Source of the DNA: Candidatus Cloacimonadales bacterium
GTDB lineage: Bacteria > Cloacimonadota > Cloacimonadia > Cloacimonadales > JAFGVF01
NCBI GenBank assembly: GCA_963662585.1
Contig: OY759729.1
Coordinates: 2,400,001-2,464,000 of the forward strand
Length of the DNA: 64,000 bases
Direction: 5' to 3'
The notes under the pieces are model-generated. The model saw only the letters and a program-made list of their open reading frames with translations. It searched no databases and was not told the origin of the DNA. A program made the position numbers and the translations under genes. Of this stretch, positions 49,970-59,245 are shown in pieces (position 1 is the stretch's first letter; each line of letters opens with the position of its first letter).

Positions 49970-51022
49970 TTAACCTCTCTTAAGTTTAATTCTATAATTT
50001 TTGAATAACTCACTTCCCAGGATAGAGAAAAGAATTAAACTTTGCATAACTTTACCAATAGCGACAGGAATTCCTTCATATTGAAGAGCTTCAGAACCAA
50101 TGATAAGTGAACTCATAAAGAAAGCAAAAGCAACAATGATAAAGGGGTTAGATCGAGCTAGCCAAGCAACTATGATACCAGTATAGCCTAAATCATCAGA
50201 GATGTGAGAATGAAGTTTGAATTCTATACCACACAGTTGATTTGCTCCTGCAAGTCCTGCAAAAGCTCCACTTATCAAGAAAACAAATAACATCATCTTA
50301 TCATAATTTATTCCAGCATAATTGGCTGCTTTAATACTAGAACCAATGATTCTTAGTTCGTAGCCAAATTTAGTATATTTTAATACATAATAAACAATAA
50401 TAACTAAGATTAAAGCGAAAAATATACCTATGTGAACATTTTGAAAGCCAATTTTGTTGAAAACAGCTTCAGGGGGAATATCTTTGGAAAAAGGAAAATT
50501 ATCATCTCTTTTCATGGGACCATAGACGAAATAGTCTAAAACGCTAATTGCGACATAGTTTAAAAGTAAGGTAGATATTACTTCGTTCATTTTAAATTTC
50601 ATTTTTAAAATGGCCGGAAAGAAGGCCCAGAGAGCTCCACCAATCATACTGACTAAGAGAATCATGGGGATTTCCAAGAATTTAGGTAGGGTAGGGAAAT
50701 AGATGGCAAACCAAGCTGCGAAAAGAGCTCCAATATAGAGTTGCCCTTCAGCTCCTACATTCCAAACCTTACTATTAAGAGCCATAGCGACTGAGAGTCC
50801 TGTGAAGATTAAAGGAATAGTTTTTACAATAGTTTCACTAAAACCAAAGGAACTTCCCAAAGTACTTTTAAACATTCCCGCAAATGATGTGAAGGGATTG
50901 TATCCATAGAAGGCAAGAATAATCCCAGAGAGAATCAAAGCTACGATAATAGCTATAATATTAAATAACAGCTCTTTATTAGGAGATACTCTCTCTTTTT
51001 GCTCCAAGACAACTTTATACAT
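49970..51022 (-). CDS. Nucleoside ABC permease 1
   Basis: WNVGAEGQ, NEVISTLLLNY, GYTGIIVAWLA. Confidence 0.9.
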   Translation of the reverse strand: MYKVVLEQKERVSPNKELLFNIIAIIVALILSGIILAFYGYNPFTSFAGMFKSTLGSSFGFSETIVKTIPLIFTGLSVAMALNSKVWNVGAEGQLYIGALFAAWFAIYFPTLPKFLEIPMILLVSMIGGALWAFFPAILKMKFKMNEVISTLLLNYVAISVLDYFVYGPMKRDDNFPFSKDIPPEAVFNKIGFQNVHIGIFFALILVIIVYYVLKYTKFGYELRIIGSSIKAANYAGINYDKMMLFVFLISGAFAGLAGANQLCGIEFKLHSHISDDLGYTGIIVAWLARSNPFIIVAFAFFMSSLIIGSEALQYEGIPVAIGKVMQSLILFSILGSELFKNYRIKLKRG

Positions 51023-52610
51023 TTTTACCTCCCTTATTCACTTGCAACTCATGTTCTAAGGTTCCACTCATCATTAAACCGATTTCAGTAACATCATATT
51101 TTCCGTTAGGAAAGACAGAGACAAAATGACCTGAGTGCATAACAGCAATTCTATCAGCCAACATAAATATTTCATCTAAATCACCAGAAATAAGAATGAT
51201 AGCTTTACCACTGTTTCTTAATTCTAAGATTGTATTGCGGACAAATTCAGTAGCTCCAACATCTAAGCCTCTAGTCGGATACTCGCATATATATAAATCA
51301 CTTTCTGCTTCAATCTCTCGACCGATTATTACTTTCTGTAAATTTCCTCCCGAGAGAAGGAGAGAGGGAAATTCAATTCCTGGTTGAATTATATCATACT
51401 TCTTGACTATCTCATCAGCATACTCTTTCATCATCTTTCTGTTGAGTCCAAAAACATTACTATATTTCTTATATCGGTAAATCTTCATTCCGATATTTTC
51501 CCAAGTAGGACGCTGTCCTGCAACTCCCACATGAATTCTATCTGAAGGAATGTAGCTTATTCCCATAGCGATTTTATCTTTTACACTCAATTTGTTAATC
51601 ACAATATCTTTAAACCAGATCTTGCCATCTCGGAGCTCTCTGATTCCTACAATAGCCTCGGAAAGCTCTGTTTGTCCATTTCCCGAAACTCCTGCAATGC
51701 CGAGAATCTCCCCTGTATTTAATTCAAATGAAAGTGAATCCACTGCTAATAGATTCTTGTCGGAATGAACATGAAGTCCTTCAACAGAAAGTATTTTCTT
51801 TTGATCTAGTTGAGCTTTTCTCTCTAGGAGAGCACCACTTTGTTTACCTACCATCATCATTGATAACTCTTCGGGTGTTACCTCATCAGGAGTAACGGTT
51901 CCGATTAATTTACCCCTTCTTAAAACAGTAATTCTATCTGCTATTCTCCTAACAACCTTCATTTTATGGGAGATAAAGACAACTGATTTACCAGATTCAG
52001 CTATTTTTTTTAAATTTACAAGAAGATTATCTGTCTCTTGTTTAGTAAGAACTGTTGTAGGCTCATCAACTATTAAGACATCAACATCTCTAACTAACAT
52101 TTTTAGAATCTCAGCTTTTTGTTTGAGGCCGATAGGAAGCTTATCTACGATTGCCTCTAAATCTACTTGAAATTTGTATTCTTTGGCATATTGTTCTAAC
52201 TCTTGAGAGATCTTTTTGGTATTTAAATAGAGTTTATTCTTAGGATTTCCTAAAATAATATTTTCCCAAACACTTAAACTTCCTATCAAACTAAATCTCT
52301 GATGAACCATACCAATACCCAGTTCTAAAGCCTCACCAGGATAACTATAGCGTAGTTTCTTCCCTTTATAGAATATATCTCCTGAATCAGGTTCATAGAC
52401 TCCTGTAAGAATATTCATAAGTGTTGTTTTGCCTGTTCCATTCTCTCCTAGTAGAGCGTGAATCTCTCCTTTTTTTAGAGAAAAACTGACATTATCATTT
52501 GCTTTATTACCGAAGAAACTTTTGGTAATATTTTTCATCTCAACTATTAGATTATTATCGGTTTGCAAAATGTACCTCAACTTTGTTTTTTTATTATTCT
52601 GCTTATCCAA
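51015..52610 (-). CDS. ABC ATPase with two nucleotide-binding domains (CUT2/nucleoside type)
   Basis: GENGTGKTT, DEPT, LSGGNLQK, PTRGLDVGA. Start uncertain. Confidence 0.92.
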   Translation of the reverse strand: MDKQNNKKTKLRYILQTDNNLIVEMKNITKSFFGNKANDNVSFSLKKGEIHALLGENGTGKTTLMNILTGVYEPDSGDIFYKGKKLRYSYPGEALELGIGMVHQRFSLIGSLSVWENIILGNPKNKLYLNTKKISQELEQYAKEYKFQVDLEAIVDKLPIGLKQKAEILKMLVRDVDVLIVDEPTTVLTKQETDNLLVNLKKIAESGKSVVFISHKMKVVRRIADRITVLRRGKLIGTVTPDEVTPEELSMMMVGKQSGALLERKAQLDQKKILSVEGLHVHSDKNLLAVDSLSFELNTGEILGIAGVSGNGQTELSEAIVGIRELRDGKIWFKDIVINKLSVKDKIAMGISYIPSDRIHVGVAGQRPTWENIGMKIYRYKKYSNVFGLNRKMMKEYADEIVKKYDIIQPGIEFPSLLLSGGNLQKVIIGREIEAESDLYICEYPTRGLDVGATEFVRNTILELRNSGKAIILISGDLDEIFMLADRIAVMHSGHFVSVFPNGKYDVTEIGLMMSGTLEHELQVNKGGKNV

Positions 52611-52640
52611 TTATTTATATTTATGAAATCTTGTGAAATA

Positions 52641-52680
52641 AAAAATGAGGAAAAGACGATTTAGACTTTTCCTCATTTTT
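52641..52680 (-). terminator. Hairpin after the BMP gene
   Basis: aaaaatgaggaaaag...cttttcctcattttt. Confidence 0.7.
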
Positions 52681-52699
52681 ACATTCATTTTATAAATCT

Positions 52700-53785
52700 C
52701 TATTTATCAGTTGATTCAGTGTAAACTCCATTAACAAACCAATCAAATTGATTTAACTCTTGATCTTTCATTATGCTACCTTCAGCTACTTTTAAATCGC
52801 CATTATTATCATATAATGGGCCAGCGAAGACTTTGAGTGTTCCATCAATCATTTCTTGTTTCTTTTCATCAACTAATTTAATAACATCTTCAGGAACAGC
52901 AGGATTGAAAGGTGCTAGACCTACGATACCAGTTTCGATACCTAACCAGTAGTTTCCTGATTTCCAAGTTTTATTATGTACTTTCTCTACAACATCAGTA
53001 TAGAATACATCCCAGTTCCAAATAGTAGATGTTAAATTCATTGTAGGAGCAAAATCTCTCATATCAGTATTATAACCGATACACCATACTCCTCTTTCTT
53101 CAGCTGCTTGTTGAGGAGCTGCTGAATCTGCATGTTGAGCAATTAAGTCACAACCTGCATCAATTAATGAAGAAGCATATTCTTTTTCTTTGGCAGGATC
53201 ATACCAACTATTAACAAATACTATTTTCATCTTAGCATCAGGATTGACACTTTGAACGCCTAAATAAAAGGCATTAGCTAAGCGAGTACATTCTGGAATA
53301 GGGAATGGGGCAACATAACCAATTAAATTCTTCTTTGTCATTTTTCCAGCTACTATACCTGCTAAATAACGAGCTTGATACATTTTACCAAAATAGGCAC
53401 TCATATTATCAGTTGTTTTATATCCTGAGCAGTGCATGAAAGTTTTATCAGGATAACTGTTTGCTACATTTAAGGTGTAATCCATAAATCCATAAGAAGT
53501 TGTAAAAATTAAATCACAACCTTGGTCAGCCATTTGTCTGATTGTTCTTTCAGATTCTGCATTCTCTTTAACATTTTCAGCAAAAATTGTCTTTTCTACA
53601 ATATCCATTTTTTCTACTGCTAATCTACCTTCATTATGAGCATAGGTCCAACCTGCATCACCAACAGGGCCGATATAAACAAAACCAACTTTCATTTTAG
53701 AAGCATCGGTAGCTTTTTTATCACCGCAACCAGCTATAAGTACCAATAAACTAATTACTAATAAACCTAAGATTAATTTCTTCAT
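52700..53785 (-). CDS. BMP-family nucleoside-binding lipoprotein
   Basis: Lipobox IAGC; GPVGDAGWTYAH, TTSYGF, WYDP. Confidence 0.92.
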   Translation of the reverse strand: MKKLILGLLVISLLVLIAGCGDKKATDASKMKVGFVYIGPVGDAGWTYAHNEGRLAVEKMDIVEKTIFAENVKENAESERTIRQMADQGCDLIFTTSYGFMDYTLNVANSYPDKTFMHCSGYKTTDNMSAYFGKMYQARYLAGIVAGKMTKKNLIGYVAPFPIPECTRLANAFYLGVQSVNPDAKMKIVFVNSWYDPAKEKEYASSLIDAGCDLIAQHADSAAPQQAAEERGVWCIGYNTDMRDFAPTMNLTSTIWNWDVFYTDVVEKVHNKTWKSGNYWLGIETGIVGLAPFNPAVPEDVIKLVDEKKQEMIDGTLKVFAGPLYDNNGDLKVAEGSIMKDQELNQFDWFVNGVYTESTDK

Positions 53786-53864
53786 GATTTTATCCTTTCA
53801 TTACTTTTTTGTTTTGTTAGAAAAAGAAAGAGCGAACATTTAGTTCGCTCAAAATTTAGTTAAT

Positions 53865-54569
53865 TTAGAAGTCCCACTTTACAGCAAGTGTAGGGCAGAC
53901 CATAAGGTCTTCGTTAGCACCAAAAATAAAGTTTTGACTGATTTCTATTTCTGAACCGATTGATAATGGATCTAGCCAAGGCAAGTCCCACCAAATTTGT
54001 GGTTCAGTTAATAAAACAAACTGAGAATCTTCAGCAGATTCATCAAAATCAGCATTATCTTGTCCCCAGAAGTCTAAGAATCCGTTAAATACAAGTTGGT
54101 CATCTAAGAACTTCTTTTCCCAAACTAAGGTAATTTGGAAATTAGGATCTTGACCTTCAGCATCTCTTAACCAAGCACTTGTATAGAGTGTTACGAATTT
54201 AAGATTAATAGGATATTGAATACCAGCTAACCAAACATTACCGAATCCACCAAATGTGTTTAAACCATCATTATATTGGATTCCTGCTTGTAAGCCTTTA
54301 ACTTGAGGGATATTAAACATTCTGGTGATTTCCCAGTAAGCTACATTAGCACTATTTCTCTCTATGCCATCTTTGTAATCGAAGTCGATGAAAGAGAATG
54401 TACTACCCCATGGATCAAATTTGAACATTTCGACAGTTGTGGTAAAGTGTTCGCGGTAACCAGCTTCAGTGTCATCTGTGCTTGCTCCGAAATCATAGTG
54501 TAATTGTAAGTTCTGTGCGACTAAAGAAACAGTAAGAACGACAAATAAAAGGGCTAAAAATCGTTTCAT
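53865..54569 (-). CDS. DUF5020 (Tsx-like) outer-membrane channel
   Basis: QNLQLHYDFG, TTTVEMFK.D.WGSTF.F.D, EPQIW, terminal WDF; upstream of the nucleoside ABC genes. Confidence 0.8.
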   Translation of the reverse strand: MKRFLALLFVVLTVSLVAQNLQLHYDFGASTDDTEAGYREHFTTTVEMFKFDPWGSTFSFIDFDYKDGIERNSANVAYWEITRMFNIPQVKGLQAGIQYNDGLNTFGGFGNVWLAGIQYPINLKFVTLYTSAWLRDAEGQDPNFQITLVWEKKFLDDQLVFNGFLDFWGQDNADFDESAEDSQFVLLTEPQIWWDLPWLDPLSIGSEIEISQNFIFGANEDLMVCPTLAVKWDF

Positions 54570-54808
54570 GTTTTCCTTCCTTATTGTTTTTTTTAAGACA
54601 ATGTTATTTTTACAAGTAAAAGTTGACTTGTCAAGTATTATCTTAACACAAAATTAACATTTCAAATAAAATCTAAGGAAGTAAGGGTTAAATTGTTCTA
54701 GATCAACAAACTAATAAGTCCCATATTGTTAATCTTCTTCTAAGGTAAAGTATAGATAATCCTAGTATTAAGTCTTAATTCAGCCTTGAAAGTATCAAGC
54801 TCTAACAA

Positions 54809-56497
54809 CTATTTATAGAGATATCTCTTAATCTTCATTGTAGGAGTCTTTTCAAATGGCTCGGTCTGTTCTTGAACCTTACTGATTTTAGAAAAGTTAG
54901 AGACTTTGGCATTAACTTCAGTTTTTATATTATCTAGTATTTTAGCTATCTCTCTTTTAAGTTTTGATTCTGATAATGATGGAGTACCATATAATTGGTC
55001 TATATAGTCATAGTTAAGATGAGTTCTGGCTACTAACTTACCGTTTTGTTCTAGAACTAGAGATTCAGAGACAAATTCATTTTCATTAATGATTGATTCA
55101 ATCTCCTCAGGATAAATATTTTCACCACTTGAACCAATAATCACATTTTTTAACCTTCCTTTTATATAAAGAAAGCCTCTCTTAAGTACTCCCAAGTCTC
55201 CTGTCATGAAGTAACCATCATCTGTAAAGACGGACTTTGTAGTAGCTTCATCTTTATAATATCCCTTCATCACACTATCACCTTTAACTACTATTTCTCC
55301 TTCTCCTGTTTCAGGATTAGTGTTGATTAGTTTGTATTGGAGATTATAAACTACAGGACCTGTTGATCTGTAGCGAGTTTTCGCAGGAGGAGCCCCAGCG
55401 ATTAAGGGGGAAGTCTCTGTTAAACCGTAACCTATAGAATAAGGGAAATTACAGTCTTGTAGGAATTTTTCCACATCAGATGCTATTTTTGCCCCACCTA
55501 TACCGAAGAATTTTAAGTGTCCGCCAAAGGTTTTATATAATTTCTTACCAGCAATATTATGGAGTGCTTTTCTTATCATAGGAATTGAGTATAGAAATCT
55601 CATAAATGGTTTGGAGGTAAGGCTTGGATGTATTTTATTTTTAAAGATTTTTTCCATAATAAGAGGAACACTTAACATAATGGTAGGTTTTACCTTAGAT
55701 AGGGCTGGAAGTAAAACACTAGGAGTAGGTGGACGCCTTAAATAGGTGATTTTGCTGTTGTGCATTAAGGGAAAGAGGAAACCTAAAGTACTTTCATAGG
55801 TATGAGGTAAAGGTAAAATAGAAATTAGTCTGTCATGTTCATCCATAGGCTGGACACTAAAACAGGCTTGAATATTAGTAATCAAATTTTTATGAGTAAG
55901 CATCACACCTTTTGATTGGCCTGTAGTTCCTGAAGTGTAAATTATCACCGCAGTATCATTTTCATCAATGTGTTTATTTTTAAATCCCGCAATCTCTCCA
56001 ATAATCCCTGTTTTATCCAAGACAGAATCTCTTCTATCTAATAATTTAGATTTTATTTTAGCCATTGAAGATGGAGGGTTAATTATATGAAAGTCTTCAA
56101 TTTGAATTGCTATAATATCTTTTTCAGCACCAAAGAGTGTTTCAAATTTAGGGAAAAGCTTGTTTGACACAAAGATAGCTTTAGCTTCTGAATGTCTGAG
56201 AATATGATGGATCTCATTTTCATGAAATTCTGTCAGAATGGGGACTACAATTGCACCTAGAGAGACGATAGCTAAATAAGATATACACCAATTTGGGGAA
56301 TTCTCACTTAAGATCGATACTTTATCTCCATGTCTAATTCCCTGTTCCTTAAGGAGATTAGCTATGGCCTTGTACTTCTCTCCTAATTCTTTATATTTGA
56401 TTGCTTTTTCATCTAACCAAGTCAAAGCATCTTTATTAGGAAATCTTTCAATTGCATCATTAATATTTTCTATTATTGTTTTTTTCATTCTTTTCAT
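54809..56497 (-). CDS. Long-chain fatty acid-CoA ligase
   Basis: YTSGTTGQSKG, GYGLTETSP, TGDLG, GENIYPEEIE. Confidence 0.9.
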   Translation of the reverse strand: MKRMKKTIIENINDAIERFPNKDALTWLDEKAIKYKELGEKYKAIANLLKEQGIRHGDKVSILSENSPNWCISYLAIVSLGAIVVPILTEFHENEIHHILRHSEAKAIFVSNKLFPKFETLFGAEKDIIAIQIEDFHIINPPSSMAKIKSKLLDRRDSVLDKTGIIGEIAGFKNKHIDENDTAVIIYTSGTTGQSKGVMLTHKNLITNIQACFSVQPMDEHDRLISILPLPHTYESTLGFLFPLMHNSKITYLRRPPTPSVLLPALSKVKPTIMLSVPLIMEKIFKNKIHPSLTSKPFMRFLYSIPMIRKALHNIAGKKLYKTFGGHLKFFGIGGAKIASDVEKFLQDCNFPYSIGYGLTETSPLIAGAPPAKTRYRSTGPVVYNLQYKLINTNPETGEGEIVVKGDSVMKGYYKDEATTKSVFTDDGYFMTGDLGVLKRGFLYIKGRLKNVIIGSSGENIYPEEIESIINENEFVSESLVLEQNGKLVARTHLNYDYIDQLYGTPSLSESKLKREIAKILDNIKTEVNAKVSNFSKISKVQEQTEPFEKTPTMKIKRYLYK

Positions 56498-56827
56498 ATA
56501 CTCACCTATTATTAATTGCTCAACTAAAATTATTGTTCATTTCATGTCAATAAGAAGGAGCGACTTATCAGCAAAAAACATAAAAATCTTGAAAATAATA
56601 TATTTTAAATTATTCATCTTCAATTAACAAAATACATTTCTTTTCCTTTAATAACAAGATATTATTATCAGCATAAGTTATATTATATAAGCAATTTCTG
56701 AGATGTCAAATAATTTTTTACCAAATAAGAAATTTAATATTTGACAGTTTTGAGGATTTTATATAAATTTGGCTTTAAGAAATTTTGGGATGAATTTTTA
56801 CAAATAAATAAATTAGGAGGTCGTATT

Positions 56828-57190
56828 ATGAAAACTCTAGCTGATTTAAGAAAAATTAGAGAGAAAGCTCAAAACGACATGAAACTAAGAAACAGTGAAA
56901 CAAGAGTAAAAGTTGTTGTAGGCATGGGTACATCCGGCATAGCAATGGGTGCTCGTGAAGTTATGAAAGCTTTTTTAGACGAAATCGCTAATAGACAACT
57001 TCATGATGTTTTAGTAACTCAAACTGGTGAAAAGGGATTATCATCTATGGAACCAGTGGTAGATGTAATTATTGATGGCACAATTAGTGTTACTTATGGC
57101 AATATGAATGCCGAAAAAGTTAAAAAAGTGGTAGCAGAACATATTGTTAACGGCAATCCTGTCAATGACTTCATAATTTCAACTGACTAA
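56828..57190 (+). CDS. [FeFe]-hydrogenase thioredoxin-like subunit (HydD/HndB-like), cysteine-free
   Basis: VVVGMGTSGIAMGAR...QTGEKGLSSMEP...EHIVNGNPV; AGGAGG RBS before 56828. Confidence 0.85.
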   Translation: MKTLADLRKIREKAQNDMKLRNSETRVKVVVGMGTSGIAMGAREVMKAFLDEIANRQLHDVLVTQTGEKGLSSMEPVVDVIIDGTISVTYGNMNAEKVKKVVAEHIVNGNPVNDFIISTD

Positions 57191-57210
57191 CAACCCATAA
57201 GGATTTTTTT

Positions 57211-57666
57211 ATGTATCAGGAAATATTTAAAAAATACGAACCCACTAAAGATAATTTAATCTATATCTTACATGACATACAAGATAGCCACCCTCAACAG
57301 TATATTACTGAGGAAGCTGTCCTATCTGTATCAAAATATATCAATGTCCCAATTAACCATATCTATGGTGTCATAACCTTCTACGGTATGTTCTCTACAA
57401 AACCTCGTGGAAGAAATATTATTAGACTATGTGAGTCACCTCCTTGCTATTTAAAAGGTTGTGATAATATCTATAGAAAACTAAAAGAAATCTTAAATAT
57501 TAAACAAAATGAAACTACTGAAGATGGTATATTTACCTTAGAATTATGTGCTTGCCTTGGAGTATGTGGTAATGCTCCTGTTATGATGATTAATAACGAT
57601 ATTTATGGTGACCTTACTGAAGAGAAAGTTGTCAAAATTATTAAAGACATCAAAGGAGAAAAGTAA
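57211..57666 (+). CDS. NuoE-like [2Fe-2S] subunit (HydC/HndA-like)
   Basis: ITFY, CESPPC...CLGVC, APVMMIN. Confidence 0.92.
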   Translation: MYQEIFKKYEPTKDNLIYILHDIQDSHPQQYITEEAVLSVSKYINVPINHIYGVITFYGMFSTKPRGRNIIRLCESPPCYLKGCDNIYRKLKEILNIKQNETTEDGIFTLELCACLGVCGNAPVMMINNDIYGDLTEEKVVKIIKDIKGEK

Positions 57667-59225
57667 TGAAATTCTATCGTAGCCACATTTTATTAGGTAT
57701 TAATGAAACTTCTATCGAAGCTGGTGCTAAAAAGATTGAACTAGCTTTAAAAGCAGAACTTTCTAAAAGAAACCTCCAAGACGAAATTGATGTTTTAGAG
57801 ACAGGCCCTCTTGGCTTCTTTGCAAAAGGTGTTTGCCTTAAGGTATATCCTGAAAATACTCTCTATGAAAATGTTACAGTGGAAGATATCCCTGAATTAG
57901 TTGAAGAACACTTCCTTAAAGGAAGACCTGTTAAAAGATTATTAGCCTCAACAACAAGAGTTGAAGCTTATGATTTTAACTATAAAGAGAGAAATGTATT
58001 AGAAAACTCAGGTATTATTGACCCTGAAGATATCGAAGAATATATCGGTGTTGGCGGTTATGAAGCTTGGGAAAAAGCCTTATTAGAAATGACTACTGAT
58101 GAGATTATCTCTGAAGTTAAAGAATCAGGCTTAAGAGGTCGTGGTGGCGCAGGTTTCCCTACTGGCCTTAAATGGAGCTTTACTGCCCCAATCGATTCTC
58201 CTGAAAAACATTTAGTAATCAATGCTGACGAAGGTGAACCAGGTACTTTTAAAGATAGATTAATCATGGAAGGCGATCCTCATAAACTTCTTGAAGGTAT
58301 GATGATTGCTTGTCGTGCTATCGGTGCTAACAAAGGTTTTATCTATATCAGAGGTGAATATAAACTCTGTATTGAAAGATTAAGACATGCTATTAACCAA
58401 TGTAGATCTTATGGCATCCTTGGTGAAGATATCTTTGGTAGTGGTTTCAACTTAGATTTTGATATCAAAGTTGGTGCTGGTGCTTATGTATGTGGTGAAG
58501 AAACAGCTCTGATTGAATCATTAGAAGGTAATAGAGGTAATCCTCGCTTTAAACCACCATTCCCTGGTGTAAAAGGTTTATGGCAAACTCCTACAGTTGT
58601 TAATAATGTAGAAACAATCGCTAATGTTCCTACTATTATTAATAAAGGTGCTGAGTGGTATAAGAGTCTTGGTGTTAATGGTGCAACTGGAACAAAAGTT
58701 TACACTTTAATGGGTGATGTTGCAATGCCTGGACTTACAGAAGTACCTATGGGAATTACCCTTAGAGATATTATTAATAAGTATGGCGGAGGAATGTTAA
58801 AAGGTAAAAAATTCAAAGCTGCTCTCGTTGGTGGAGCTGCTGGTGTAATTTTATCTGATAAACTTCTTGACGTAAAAATGGATTATGAGAGTTTGAAAGA
58901 GTACACTGCAGTGTTAGGTTCAGGCGCTATTATGGTTATGGGTGAAGAGGTAGATATGGTTGAAATGCTTTGGTCTATTCTCCGTTTCTTCCGCCACGAA
59001 TCTTGTGGAAAATGTTTCCCATGCCGTTTAGGAACCCAACAGCTGTATAATATTATCTGTAAAATTAGAGATGGCCAAGGTAAAGAAGAAGATTTAGAAA
59101 GTATGATTATGCTTTCAGATGCCATGTTGAAGAGTTCATTCTGTGCTCTTGGACAATCACCTTATATGCCAATTAAGAGTTCAATTTTGAACTTTAGAAA
59201 TGATTTTTTAAAAAGAATTAAATAA
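57666..59225 (+). CDS. NuoF-like flavoprotein (HydB/HndC-like), short form
   Basis: GLRGRGGAGFPTG, NADEGEPGTFKDR, GAYVCGEET, ESCGKCFPCR...FCALG. Confidence 0.93.
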   Translation: MKFYRSHILLGINETSIEAGAKKIELALKAELSKRNLQDEIDVLETGPLGFFAKGVCLKVYPENTLYENVTVEDIPELVEEHFLKGRPVKRLLASTTRVEAYDFNYKERNVLENSGIIDPEDIEEYIGVGGYEAWEKALLEMTTDEIISEVKESGLRGRGGAGFPTGLKWSFTAPIDSPEKHLVINADEGEPGTFKDRLIMEGDPHKLLEGMMIACRAIGANKGFIYIRGEYKLCIERLRHAINQCRSYGILGEDIFGSGFNLDFDIKVGAGAYVCGEETALIESLEGNRGNPRFKPPFPGVKGLWQTPTVVNNVETIANVPTIINKGAEWYKSLGVNGATGTKVYTLMGDVAMPGLTEVPMGITLRDIINKYGGGMLKGKKFKAALVGGAAGVILSDKLLDVKMDYESLKEYTAVLGSGAIMVMGEEVDMVEMLWSILRFFRHESCGKCFPCRLGTQQLYNIICKIRDGQGKEEDLESMIMLSDAMLKSSFCALGQSPYMPIKSSILNFRNDFLKRIK

Positions 59226-59245
59226 ATAGATCTGGAGATGTAAAG

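Noticed and set aside
56785..56803. Rex box upstream of the hydrogenase (ttgggatgaatttttacaa)
   Set aside because: Spacing is one base off and there are several mismatches to TTGTGAA-N4-TTCACAA.
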